NCBI RefSeq assembly: GCF_006345805.1 | Contig: NC_043002.1 | Span: 2,976,001-3,040,000, forward strand | Direction of reading: 5' to 3' | From: Octopus sinensis | Lineage: Eukaryota | Length of the DNA: 64,000 bases | Program-made: the position numbers and the translations under genes | The notes under the pieces: model-generated | Told to the model about the DNA's origin: nothing | Databases searched by the model: none | The model's input: only the letters and a program-made list of their open reading frames with translations | In this document: piece by piece, positions 52,222 through 64,000 of the stretch | Position numbering within the stretch: position 1 is the first letter of the stretch | Layout: every line of letters begins with the position of its first letter

Positions 52222-53798
52222 TGTATATAATTATAAAATAAATACTGTGGGTCTACAAGTCCCCATACTAATATATATATATTTATATATATTAGTACAC
52301 ACACACATATAGTAGATAGATGCGCGCATATATCTTTTACTTGTGAACAGCCATCGGATAGAGCCCATGCTGGGGCACCTGCTTGAAGGGTTTTTTTCAT
52401 ACTTATTCTATCATTCTTGTTTGACCAACCGCTAACTTAAGGGACGTGCGTTTGTGCGTGTACATGTGTATCATCCTATATTAATGCATATATGTGTGCG
52501 CGTGTGTGTGTATGTATGTAAGCATACACACGTCTATATGTATCTGTATGTAATGTCTACAGCCACTGGTGTCCATCAATCCGATTAGGGTTCTTCATTT
52601 CTATAATCAGTTGATGAAAATCGGACACAAGAAATACCAGCAAAAGTTTGGTCGAAGAGAGAGAGAGAGACCAAGTTATAAGAGAGTGTGTCGAGGTCGC
52701 TTCTTGTTTCAATTCTCTTCTCTTATGGCAGACGAGTAATTCGCTTTCAAAAAATCCGACCACGGCCTTCCCAGTTTAATTTCGTTCTCAAAAAGCATTT
52801 CATTTTTTCCCTCACAAGTAAAAGGAAAAAAGCATTAAAAATTATAAAAGATCAAATTATCAGGGAAAAAGCCCAGAACTACCTCACCCCCCACCCCAAA
52901 AAAAATGAAAAAGAAAAGGAGAGAAATTAAGCAGCGGAAGATGGGGGGGGGAGTAGCGGGTTGCACATCCCATGAACAAATGGCGTGTTTGGCCACACCT
53001 CACGGATATAACTGCAAAGGCATTGCCGCAGAGAATGGCCCCGAGACATTCGCTACAACAACCCCCCACCCTCCACCTCGCGGGACTCATTTTTCAGATG
53101 GGCCGCAGTCATCTCAATTCTGCCGAGGAAATCGGTAGTGCGGACTTGCAGAGCCCCTAAGGTTACGAAGGCGACCAGCACAAACTGATAGCGGACCGTC
53201 AGGCTCCTGTGTTCTTTGTTTTAACTTCCTCGCCTCTGCAAGGCGGGTGGCGATACACGGGTTCGCAGCCACATCCCCAGGTAAGTGTTGACCCTAACAT
53301 CAGCTGAACTTAGACGGCTCTCTATGTCTGAATCACTTCAGATGATACTTATAGGGTATGGGACTTCAAATGCTGCTGGAAGGGTTTCTGTTTGTGCAAT
53401 ATTCTCCCTTCGTGTTAAAGGCGTCGGCTGCACCCCTGTCTCGTTCGTTTCCCGCTCTCGAAGAGGGAATCGGAAGGAAAGACTGGGGGGAGGGGGAAAT
53501 AGACGAGGACCTTCGTATGGAGACTGAAATGAGTATTTAGAAAGACTCAGTTTCTGAGAGAAACTGGTTTGAACTGGTTAACTCTCTCACCTCTTCCACA
53601 TTACAATTGTTAGAAATGAGGAGTGTGTCGCTGTTGTCTCGACAGTGTAGAGAGACGATAAGGTGGTGCACTGTGCCCAGTATCAGAAAACTCCAGCTTG
53701 GCCGGATGTTAGCGCTCAAACCCGTTCTCTTACCGAGCCGATGGTACTTACGCCTTCCACAACACAGACGCTTCGTACAGTTTCCCTATATATATATA

Positions 53799-54260
53799 GG
53801 CGCGGCTGTGTGGTTAGGAAACTTACTTCCCAGCTACATGGTTCCGGGTTCAGTCCCACTGCGTGGAACCTTGGGCGAGTGTGTTCTGCCATAGCCTCGG
53901 GCCGACCGAAGTTTTGTAATTGAATTTGGTAGGCGGAAATTACTGCCGTGGGTGTACATGTGTAAGTGCTTGTGTCTCCTAACAGAGAGGGGGGGAACTA
54001 CCCCGCTCCTGGGTGTTGGCGTCAGGAGGGGCATCCGGCTGTAGAAAACTTTCCACACGAATAGTGCCGCACATATGTATATACAGGTTTTAGAAGACTA
54101 GGCGCAGGAGAGTGGCTGTGTGGTAAGTAGCTTGCTTACCAACCACATGGGGTTCAGTCCCATTGCACGGCACCTTGGGCAAGTCTCTTCTACTATAACC
54201 TCGAGCCGACCAAAGCCATGTGAGTGGATTTGGCAGACGGAAACTGAAAGAAGCCTGCCA
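53799..54260 (+). mobile_element. Two family B SINE 5' halves (53799-53940, 54101-54260) around a family D-like fragment
   Basis: ggcgcggctgtgtggtt / ggcgcaggagagtggctgtgtggtaag heads. Confidence 0.8.
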
Positions 54261-54449
54261 TGTATATAACACACAAAGACCTTCGCAATTAATTTCATTT
54301 CATATTACACTCTGTACTCGGCTGATGCTTTATTCTGAGACAAAGAATACTGAGTCGTAGCATCCTAAGTAGAATTATGCCTGAGTGAAATGACATAGAG
54401 ATCAAACTAATGCCTACATACGAGTTATTAAACTAAGACTTATAATAGG

Positions 54450-54745
54450 GCCTCCGTCGGTTACGACGACGAGTCTTCCAGTTGATCCGATCAACGGAAC
54501 AACCTGCTCGTGTAATTAACATGGAAATGGCTGAGTACTCCGCAGACATAAATGTACCCTTAACGTAGTTCTTGGGGAGATTCAAAGTGACACAGAATGT
54601 GACACGGCTGGCCCCTTTGAAATACAGGCGAAACTCATTTTAGCCAGCTGAGTGGACTGGGGCAATGTGAAATAAAGTGTCTTGCTCAAGGACAGGAATC
54701 GGAATTCTTGACCTGGCGATCGTGAGCCGAATGCCCCTAACCACA
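54450..54745 (-). mobile_element. Family E SINE
   Basis: gatcaacggaacaacctgctcg...ggctggcccctttgaaatacagg...gtgtcttgctcaagg. Confidence 0.75.
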
Positions 54746-54813
54746 CAGACACAAGAAGTGAAATTATTCATGTTGAAGAAGAAGTAAAAATGATAATTAT
54801 GTATTTTATGAAA

Positions 54814-55222
54814 TACTAGCAGTATCGCCCGGCGTTGCTCGGGTTTGTAAGGGAAATAACTATATAAGCATTTTTAGAGAGTTATAGCCAAAAAATAGCA
54901 AAAAAATGCATTAAAAATGGGGGGGGGGGAATGATGGTAAATTTTTTTTTAAATCGTTGACTCATCGTAGACATTTATAAGAGAGTTACTTCCCTTATAT
55001 AATAGCGAAAAAATGCATTAAAATGGAAAAAAATGATGGTAATTTTCTTTCTTAATCGTAGACTCATCGTAGACGCGCGCTAATACCCAGAAGGGCTCGA
55101 TATGAATCACGACTATAAGATACCCGGTTTTGGTTAAACTGCACCGCAAAATGTGGGAGTAGTTAGGAATCTAAATCGTAGGAGACGGACAGACACACAA
55201 CCTCTCTTTTATATATAAAGAT
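54814..55222 (+). mobile_element. Non-autonomous Helentron/Helitron2-type element (HINE/DINE-1-like)
   Basis: 5' actagc followed by a GC hairpin (cccggcgttgctcggg), an internal duplicated block, and 3' acagacacac...ttttatatataaagat. Confidence 0.6.
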
Positions 55223-55623
55223 TAACTACAAAGAGAAATTAGACAAGAATCCTCATGTGATGGACATGAGTGTGCGTAATCTTGATTTCGATTCCACCAT
55301 GCAACACCTTGCAAGAGTGTCTTCTGCAACAAACCCCGGGTCAACCTAAGTTCTTGTGAGCAGAGAATGGAAGAAGCAACTTCACTAAACATCCACTTTT
55401 CCCTGATTGCATGAGTCGGGCAGAATTTGTTGACCCAGATTTCCCGCAGCCGGATGCCATTCCTGTTGCCAACCGTCACCTGTTTATAGGCAAAACGGAA
55501 TATCCCACCCCCACCCCATGACCAGAAAGGTTCCCCACGGAAAACGTTGCTTGTATGACGGTGATGTTTGTTTACGACCATCAAGTGATATCAAGATTAC
55601 ACATGCACACGTGTGTGTGTGTG

Positions 55624-55729
<106 letters not shown>

Positions 55730-55771
55730 AACACACGCGCAATTGTGTGTGTGTGTGTGTGTATGTGTGTG

Positions 55772-55807
<36 letters not shown>

Positions 55808-55833
55808 TATACATTTGTGTGTATACACACACA

Positions 55834-55987
55834 ACGGGTTTCTTTCGGTTTCCGTGTACCAAATCCACTAGCAAGGGTTTTGGTTGGCCCAAGATTATGA
55901 AAGAAGACGCTCATCTCATGCCATACAATGGGACTGAAACCAAGACCATATGGTTGGGAAGCGAACCTCTCAACCACACAGCCACCA
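55834..55987 (-). mobile_element. Family B SINE 5' half
   Basis: acgggtttctttcggtttccg...aaccacacagccac. Confidence 0.75.
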
Positions 55988-56601
55988 CGCTATAAGCTCG
56001 TGTCTTCTATTGTCTCCCATGTTTCGACATGTAACAGTTGTAAATGAGCGTCACCGTTATACAAGCAGTGTCCTCCGTTTCTAATCTTCGGTGGAAACAT
56101 ATCTTGCCACAGAGAAATCTTACTTTTCTAGGAAACAAGTTAGGGTTGGCGAAAGGAAGCACATCCGGCCGTAGAAAACCTGTCGCAACAACTTCCGTCT
56201 GATCCACGCCAGCATGAAGAACTACATGTTAAAAAAAAACCATGATCATCATATTTATGTAACATATACACTTTGTGTGTGGGTGTGCTTGTCCATGTTA
56301 GTTGTAAACAAACGTAACAGTCATACAATTGGGGTTATTCGTTTTAACCTTCTGTGTAAACATACCGAGTCACGAGGAAATATTACATCGTTTTAAAATA
56401 AATGAAAGTTGGTTTTGTGATAGGAAAAGTATTCCACAGCCGTTTCCATGCAGGGTTATATGCCCCACCCCCACCCCATGACAGAAAGTGTTTGAAGTGT
56501 TTTCGCGGAATACCCGAAACGAAGGACATTGCTTGAAGGACGATGATGTTCATTTAACAACTATCACGCTGTGTTGAGACACGGAGACACACACACACAC
56601 A

Positions 56602-56636
<35 letters not shown>

Positions 56637-57239
56637 ATACAGAGACAAAGTAGAGAAGGGAGGGAAACTAGAAAGAGAGAATGAGAAAATAAGAGAGAGC
56701 AAAGACAAATGGAGAGAAACGGTTGAGGGAGGAGAAGAGGAAATTTAGAGAGAAGAGAGTGAAGAGAAGTGGAGAGATGACGAAGAACGGAGAGAAAGAA
56801 GATGGCACAAAATGGGCAGAGAATCACACAAAGACAATCCCAAAAGTTGATGTATATTTGGAGGGAACCTGAATAGTTTCAAAATGGTTTTTAGAGCTTA
56901 TACTATAATACGCTTGTAGCAACCACAACAACACAGAGACTGTCTCTCAAACAGACATTCTCTCTTGCTGCAGGGCAATGTGGTGGAGAAGTTGGTTTGC
57001 CAAAACACACGGCTTCAGGTTTGGTCCCACCGTGGGGCACTTTAAACAAATACCACTTGCTCTAGCCCTCGGCCAACCAAAGCCTGGTGACAAGGATTTG
57101 ATAGATGAAAACTGAAAGCTTGTCTCTCACACACAAACACACAGAGGTATCATTTCTGCTAGGGTGGAGGGGTCATCTTGAATATAGCAATGTGTCAGAT
57201 ATCTTAGCCCTTAGCCATCTCTATCGTAAGTCTCAGAGC

Positions 57240-58607
57240 CTGGGGATCAGTCTACAGTACTTCATCTCATGTCTTCCTAGGTCTCCCATCGGCTTTAAGT
57301 GATCGGCACTTCTGTATGCAACTGTCTACATCCATAACCATCACATGACCAAACCAGTGCCGTCTTCTCTCTTGCACACCGCATCTGATTCTTACACCCA
57401 GCTTTTCACTCAGTACACTATAACGCCGTTGCACATGCACACTGATATTACACATCCAGCAGAGCATACTAGCTTTCACATGTTCTCTGCATTCGGGAAC
57501 CATGTCTCACTACCATGGTACATCATACAATCTTCCTTTTATTCGGAAAGAGACAGACCTTTGGCTGCCAACAGATGTAAAAGCTCTCTAAATTTCCTCC
57601 ATCCTTTCCGTGCAGCCTCCCCTACAGCTAATTAGGTCCCCTAGGTAGCAGAAATTATTCTCTATCTGTAAAGAGCCTCCAGGGAATTTGAGAGAATCAA
57701 AATCCTGAGTCTCCGTAGTGTCTATGGCTCCTGTGCATTTTCCACAATTGAACACTACTTTCTCTGTTAACCTTCCTATTATTCCATGGCACTTCATGTG
57801 TGTCCATAGCTTGCACTAGGTACACCATATACAATTCCTCCCTACACCGTTTCTATATATCACACAGGGCCACTTACCTGATGAGGCAAGTGTCCTTTAC
57901 ATTTTCTTGCTTACTAGACCCTTAGTCTTTGCTAAGTTAACCTTAAGGCCCTTCGATTCCAGGTTTTGCTCCCACACCTGGAATTTCTTTTCTAGTTGTT
58001 ACAGAATCTTATACGAGGGTAAGATCATCAGTATATAGTAGTTCCCAGGGGCAGCCAGTCTTGATTTCCTCTTATGGCCTAGAGGACGACGATAAATAGG
58101 AGGGCACTGAGAACAAAACCCTGATAAACACCTGTTTGTACACTAAATTCATCACTATCACCTTACTAGCAGAACCTCTGTATATGGCTTTCACACACCA
58201 CTCGTCAACCCCTAGCTTCCTCAGAGCCCACCATATCACACAGTAGGGTACTTCTCTGTCAAAGGCTTTCTCTCTAAGTCAACAAACGCCAAGTACAATG
58301 CTTTACCCATGGCCAAATAATTCTCCAGCAGTTGTCTGATTGTAAAGACAATGTCAGTCGTGCTTCTCCCCAGCACAAAGCCAGACTGCATTCCATCCAA
58401 AATGATTCTGATCCCAATTAATAAGACAATACCTCTCTCTCTAACTTTCATAATCCGCTCCAGCAACTTGATGCCTCTGTAATTAGATGTCTAAGACATC
58501 TTTCTTACTCTTGTATAATGCTGCTGCACCAATCATTAGGGATCACACCTTTCCTGAATAACCTGATTAACTGTTCAGGTGACTAGACCATATCCTATTC
58601 CACCAGG
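57240..58607 (-). mobile_element. RTE-clade LINE ORF2 remnant (RT domain to C-terminus), multiple frameshifts
   Basis: MQSGFVLGRSTTDIVFTIRQLLENYLAMGKALYLAFVDLE and ERRRHWFGHVMVMDVDSCIQKCRSLKADGRPRKT. Confidence 0.9.
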
Positions 58608-59964
58608 TGTGTGTGCACGTTTACATCTCCTTGTCTTCACAACACCTGAGTGTTGTAAATAAATACAATTCATTTCCAATATTCCTGTCTGGCCATGGGG
58701 AAATACCACCTTGTTTGGAACAAGTAAGGGTCAGTGACAGGGAGGAGATCTGGATGGGAAAGAAGACCAAAAAAGAAGAAGAACCAGCCTCACTAAACTT
58801 CATCTGACCTATGCAAGCCTGGAAGGGTCGACGTTTAAAATGAGTAATGATAATGACTGTAGCCAATTGATTAGAAACAAAAGCCGTCCAACCCATGCTA
58901 GCATGGAAAACGGACGTTAAATGATGATGATGATGAAAAAGAAAAACAGGTTAAATAAATACCTTGTGGACGCATTATTTGAAAACTTGAGAACGGAATG
59001 TCTGAATAGCCTCCTAGCTACAGACACAGCAGTATTCCAACTAGCGACTGCAAACTGACAGAACTGTACTCCAACTGATGTGTTTTGTATCTAATTACAC
59101 TTAGGTGGACCGTGCCACTGGGAGAGTGAAATATCTTGCTCAAAGATAAAATGCAGCATTTACAATAGAACTGAAGGTGAACTTTAAGATCAGCAGCCAG
59201 CAATCTACTGGATTATCTTTGCTTAATAATCGAAAAGGTTATATTAAAGTCCGTGGGAAACAAAATGTAGAACTAGAATTTTAATATCTAAATATTGCCT
59301 TATCTTTCATTTATAAAGAACGGCATACTGTGATTGTTTACCAAATTCCATAATATACACACACATATTTGAAGCACATATATAATTCTCTAATTTGTCT
59401 TTGCTTATTCTAAATAGAATAATTGTTTAGTTAAACAGACTTTCTATGCAAGCAGGAGCTACAATGGATTTGAACAATAACAATAAAGAAGAGTGTTGAA
59501 TGACATTATATCATTCACAGATAAAAAGCTTCCATCCATCAATATTTCAATAAAAACAGGAACTGTATCATTTGGGTCCCATGACAGGGAGAAAATAGGA
59601 GAGAATGTTTTTTTCTTTTTTCTTCTTTGGCTTTTATTATCTAAAATGGCAATGACCTCATAAAGCTTTAATGAGAAGCGTGGAATGAAAGAATGGCTTC
59701 TCTAAAAAACACATGATGAGACAAAAGTCTTTGTAACACAAACCTGCCACCCACCCACCCTCTCTCCTCCCCCCCCCCACCTTTCTGTCTCACAATAATC
59801 ACACTTTATAATTGACATTCAGGAACAACTTTGGAAATCAGGACTAAAATTTAACTCTTTAGCATTTCAACCGCCCATATTTGGCCCAAATATTTCTGCT
59901 TTATGTTCAAAGCAGCCAGATCCAGCCTCTCACACGTTGTTTACAATACCATTCTAAAATTCAA

Positions 59965-60688
59965 CATCATCATCATCATTGTTTAGCGTCCGCTTTCCAT
60001 GCTAGCATGGGTTGGACAGTTCAACTGGGGTCTGGGAAGCCAGAAGGCTGCACCAGGCCCAGTTTGATCTGGCAATGTTTCTACGGCTGGATGCCCTTCC
60101 TAACGCCAACCACTCCATGAGTGTAGTGGGTGCTTTTTACATGCCACCGGCACAGGTGCCAGACGAGTCTGGCAAACGGCCACGATCGGATGGTGCTTTT
60201 TATGTTCCACCGGCATGGGGGCCAGGCAAGGCTGGCAACGGCCACGAACGGATGGTGCTTTTTACATGCCACCAGCACGAGGCCAGTCAGGGCGGGGCTG
60301 GCAACGGCCACGAACGGATGGTTGTCTTACGTGCCACCGGCACTGGTAACTCACAAAATCCCAAAGCTATGAGATAATACAAGATTAATTAAAAGCAATA
60401 TGAACAAATAAGCATTTGATAGAGAAATCATCATCATCATGAATCAACATCCGTTTTCCATGCTGGCATGGGTGGGATGGTTTGACTGAGGTTTGGAGAG
60501 CCAGTGGCTGCACCAGGCTCCAATCTTGATCTGGCAGAGTTTCTACAGCTGGATGCCGCCCTTCCTAACACCAACCACTCCGAGAGTGTAGTGGGTGCTT
60601 TTTACGTGCCACCAGCACAGGAACCAGTAAGACGGGCCTGGCAACGATCATATTCAGATGGTGCTTTTTAAGTGCCACCAGCACAGGG
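59965..60688 (-). mobile_element. Two family D retroposons (59965-60360, 60428-60688)
   Basis: (cat)n tails and ggatgcccttcctaacgccaaccactcc cores. Confidence 0.85.
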
Positions 60689-61117
60689 TTTAAATATGTT
60701 CCACTCTTGATATACTGATTTTTTTTGTTTTTTTCAGATCGAAAAAAAAAAAAATGGTTGAATAACAATGTTTTGGTATTAAAGATTTTCCTGAAATTCT
60801 GATGTTTAGAAACTTTATTTTAGTGAGACATATTTCATTAGAAACAAAATTCTATTGGGAAAGGGAGATGGGGGAATGCCATGAGGATTACAGTTGCCGC
60901 CTGGCATCCATTCATTCTCTCCATACACTGTTACTGGAATGGTAATATTGATGCCATTCATCATCATCATTTAACATCCCCTTTTCTATGCTGGCATGGA
61001 TGGATCTGACACGAGCTATTGAGTCACTGGCCTGAATGATGCGCCAATGTCTGCTTTGGCATGGTTCCTAGGTTGGATGCCCTCCTTAATTATGAGGGTA
61101 CCAGCACCAGCGGGATC

Positions 61118-61386
61118 AGCAAGGCTCTGGAGTCAAAACAAACAACTTTGACTCTGATTCTGGCTCCACTACTATTGGCACCTCCAACTCCGACTCCTCT
61201 TTATGTAATCAAGTGATTATGGTCTACACATCTCATAAAGCATACTCTGAGTAGGCCTATATGTTATAACTGGTTTATATTAAAGAATAAAGGCATTGTG
61301 GGTCGGAGTCAGAGTCGGTATAGTTTTACTGACTCAGACTCCAGCTACCCCTTAATTGTTTCTGACTCCGACTCCACGACCCTGCT
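61118..61386. mobile_element. MITE with imperfect TIRs (agcaaggctctggagtc / gactccacgaccctgct) and internal GAGTC/GACTC repeats
   Basis: Direct inspection. Confidence 0.55.
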
Positions 61387-62402
61387 TGCAAGACAAAATT
61401 CCTCAACTGAGAAAAGGAGTAGTAGTAGTAGTAGAATTGAGATGACTTTGCATCAAGAGGTGAGAGATTCGAGTATGATTGGGGAACAGGAGTGAGTGTC
61501 ATGGTGGAAGGGAGAGACACACAGTTACCCCAGTTGGAAAAGAAAGCAGGTGGTGGTGGTGATGTGTCAGGACATGGCCTCAAGACAGAGGAAGGTGAAT
61601 ACAAGTGGTAGGGGTGACATCTGTAGGGGATGGAGATTTCATCAAATCCCTAAATGCTTATAAAGAACTACCCCCACCATATGAAACACACACAACCACT
61701 GGAATTACACACTAATACAATGAGGAATTACACTCACCACTGTTGGGTGACTGTGGATGCTGGCACCACACAAGAAAAAAAGCCAGAACACTCTGTGATG
61801 TGGTTGGCATTGGGATGGGCCCCCAGCCATAGAAACCATGCCAAAACAGACAATATATCCTTATGTGGCTCCTGGTAAACAATCCAACCCATGCTGGTGT
61901 AGACAGCTTAATAAATTCAAGCTCATTCCATAAAGCTGGCGAAATTAAATCACTCTGCAATCAGATTTATTCCGAAAGAAACTGAACAACGGTAGTAGCA
62001 CATTCCCCTACCACCCCACCGCATGAAGCTGCAGCCATGTTACCCCTTGAATCCTCGTAATAAAATCCCAATTCCTCAATCTAAATCCATGGCTGGTTTT
62101 TATCCATCTCTGTCCTCGGTAGCTTCTAATTAACAAACCAATTAATGAAATCATTCTCTTTACTACAGAGACTTGAGGAGAAACAAATGTTCTGCTTAGA
62201 AACACTGGGCTTATGTTTTGCTTTTTTTCAATTAGAAACTCATTAATATATCACAGTAATTAATGATAAACCTATGAAGAATAAATTTATAAATGAGAAA
62301 AGGAAATAAATTAGAGGAAAACTTCCAGTAATTGCCGGCCAAATGAGAAAGGAAGAGAATCCAACAGAAATGAAATTTTACATTTTATCTCTAAGAATAT
62401 TT

Positions 62403-62960
62403 CTCTTTTACTTGTCTCAGACATTAGACTGTGGCCATGCTGTGGCACCGCCTTCAAGACTCTCTTAAGTGAAACAAATCAACCCCAGTACTTTTTTTTT
62501 TTTTAAAGCCTGGTACTTATTCTATTTTGCTGAACTGCTAAGTCATAGGGACACAAATTACACTGTCACCAGTTGTCAAGAAGTGGAGTACAAACACAAA
62601 GGATCATCATCATCATCGTTTAACTTCCGCTTTCCATGCTAGCATGGGTTGGGCGATTTGACTGAGGACTGGCGAACCAGATGGCTGCACCAGGCCCCAA
62701 TCTTAATCTGGCAGAGTTTCTACAGCTGGATGCCCTTCCTAACACCAACCACTCTGAGAGTATAGTGGGTGCTTTTTATGTGCCACCGGTACGGGGGCCA
62801 GTCAGGCGGTACTGGCAATGACCTCGCTCAAATCATTTTACATATGCCACCGGCACAGGTGCCAGTAAGGCGATGTTGGTAACGATCACACTCGAATAGT
62901 GCCCTTTTACGTGCCACCGACACGGAAGCCAGTTAGTCACTCTGGCAACGATCACACTAT
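62403..62960 (-). mobile_element. Family B tail (62403-62600) and family D copy (62605-62960)
   Basis: Shared diagnostic motifs. Confidence 0.8.
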
Positions 62961-63385
62961 ATGTGTGTGTATGTGTGTGTTTGTGTAAAGTAGGAGTGTA
63001 TATATGTATGTATGTGTGTGTGTGTATACCCAACAAAATATCTGAAACTGTTTCCTTGAGGGAAAAAAAAAAAGATTTGATTTTCAAAATGTGCATCCCA
63101 AAATGGTTTCCAGTAAATAATAATCAGAAAATATAATTTGACGCAGGAAATAGCTCAACTTTTTAGATCGTTAAATCTCCTTCTTACCACAAGAGTGCTA
63201 TCCCTCTTGACCTGACTCATATTCCCATGGCTTCATCCAAAAGGAGCACATATCCTTTTTTTCCCCACCTCCATATATATATATATATATATATATAGAT
63301 ATATATATATATATATTATATATATATATATATATACTTACATCCAAGACCAAAAAGGGTACGGATGCCGCTATATATATATATA

Positions 63386-63640
63386 TATGTAGAAAAATAC
63401 AAACTGGGACAAGAACGCAAAACATTTAGAGGACGATGCAAAAAACACGGGCGGGACATTCGAAGCCTTCGAAGCCTTGGGGCTGGCCAGGTCGGAGCAA
63501 TCTCAAGATTAATCAGCTAAAATTGCGAGGACGATCTGGTTCTTGACTGAAGATTGAAGGCTTCGAATGTCCTGTCCGTGTTTTTTGTATCGTCCTCTAA
63601 ATGTTTTGCGCTCTTGTCCCAGTTTGTATTTTTTTACATA
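63386..63640. repeat. Fold-back element: inverted arms 63386-63470 and 63556-63640
   Basis: aaaatacaaactgggacaagaacgcaaaacatttagaggacgatgcaaaaaacacgg...cattcgaagccttc is mirrored as its reverse complement with few mismatches. Confidence 0.85.
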
Positions 63641-63643
63641 TAC

Positions 63644-63698
<55 letters not shown>

Positions 63699-64000
63699 GC
63701 CCTGTAGCTACCAGTTGAAATTTATAGTTGTATATTCCAGTTGATAGTTGGAGGTGTTCATACATCTTGAATTCACTGCTCATGGATCAGTTTACACACC
63801 TGGTTAGACACAGATTATGACATTTAACAAATGAGCACACCCACCCTCCTCACAGCTAGAATCAACTATGTTCAACCAGGTACATTTACACGTATATGAA
63901 CACACAAGTCAAGATATTAGCTGATGCTACAGGTACATGTATGGAAATGCCCACAAATTTGGACAATATCTTTTAAACTCAACATCATCATCATTATTAT

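Noticed and set aside
63547-63575. CTGAAGA...GAATGTC hammerhead-like string
   Set aside because: No GAAA box and stem II cannot form a plausible hairpin.

Overview
AT-rich, microsatellite- and retroposon-dense animal DNA. The SINE-like families, (TA)n/(CA)n load and protein sequence fit a coleoid cephalopod, most likely Octopus (inference). The only confident host coding sequence is a 762-nt minus-strand exon (35625-36386) encoding the NLS-like segment and both dsRNA-binding domains of the RNA-editing enzyme ADAR2 (ADARB1 family). I found no deaminase-domain exon, so 1-35624 is probably intron. A candidate Arg-rich first coding exon lies at 41992-42103, followed by a CpG-rich, promoter-like zone (about 42.4-56 kb). 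The rest is repeats: several SINE-like families, RTE, CR1/Jockey-group and R2-superfamily LINE fragments, a Penelope-like (PLE) RT+GIY-YIG fragment, TTAA MITEs and a Helentron-type HINE. The most unusual signal is an element with a tRNA-derived Pol III head and a minimal PLE-type hammerhead ribozyme motif. It occurs once as a monomer (2624-2930) and once as a near-perfect 460-bp head-to-head palindrome (18431-18890). Several other long fold-backs also lie in the presumed ADAR2 intron. Repeat boundaries are by-eye estimates (about +/-20 nt unless motif coordinates are given), and repeat family labels A/B/D/E are mine.
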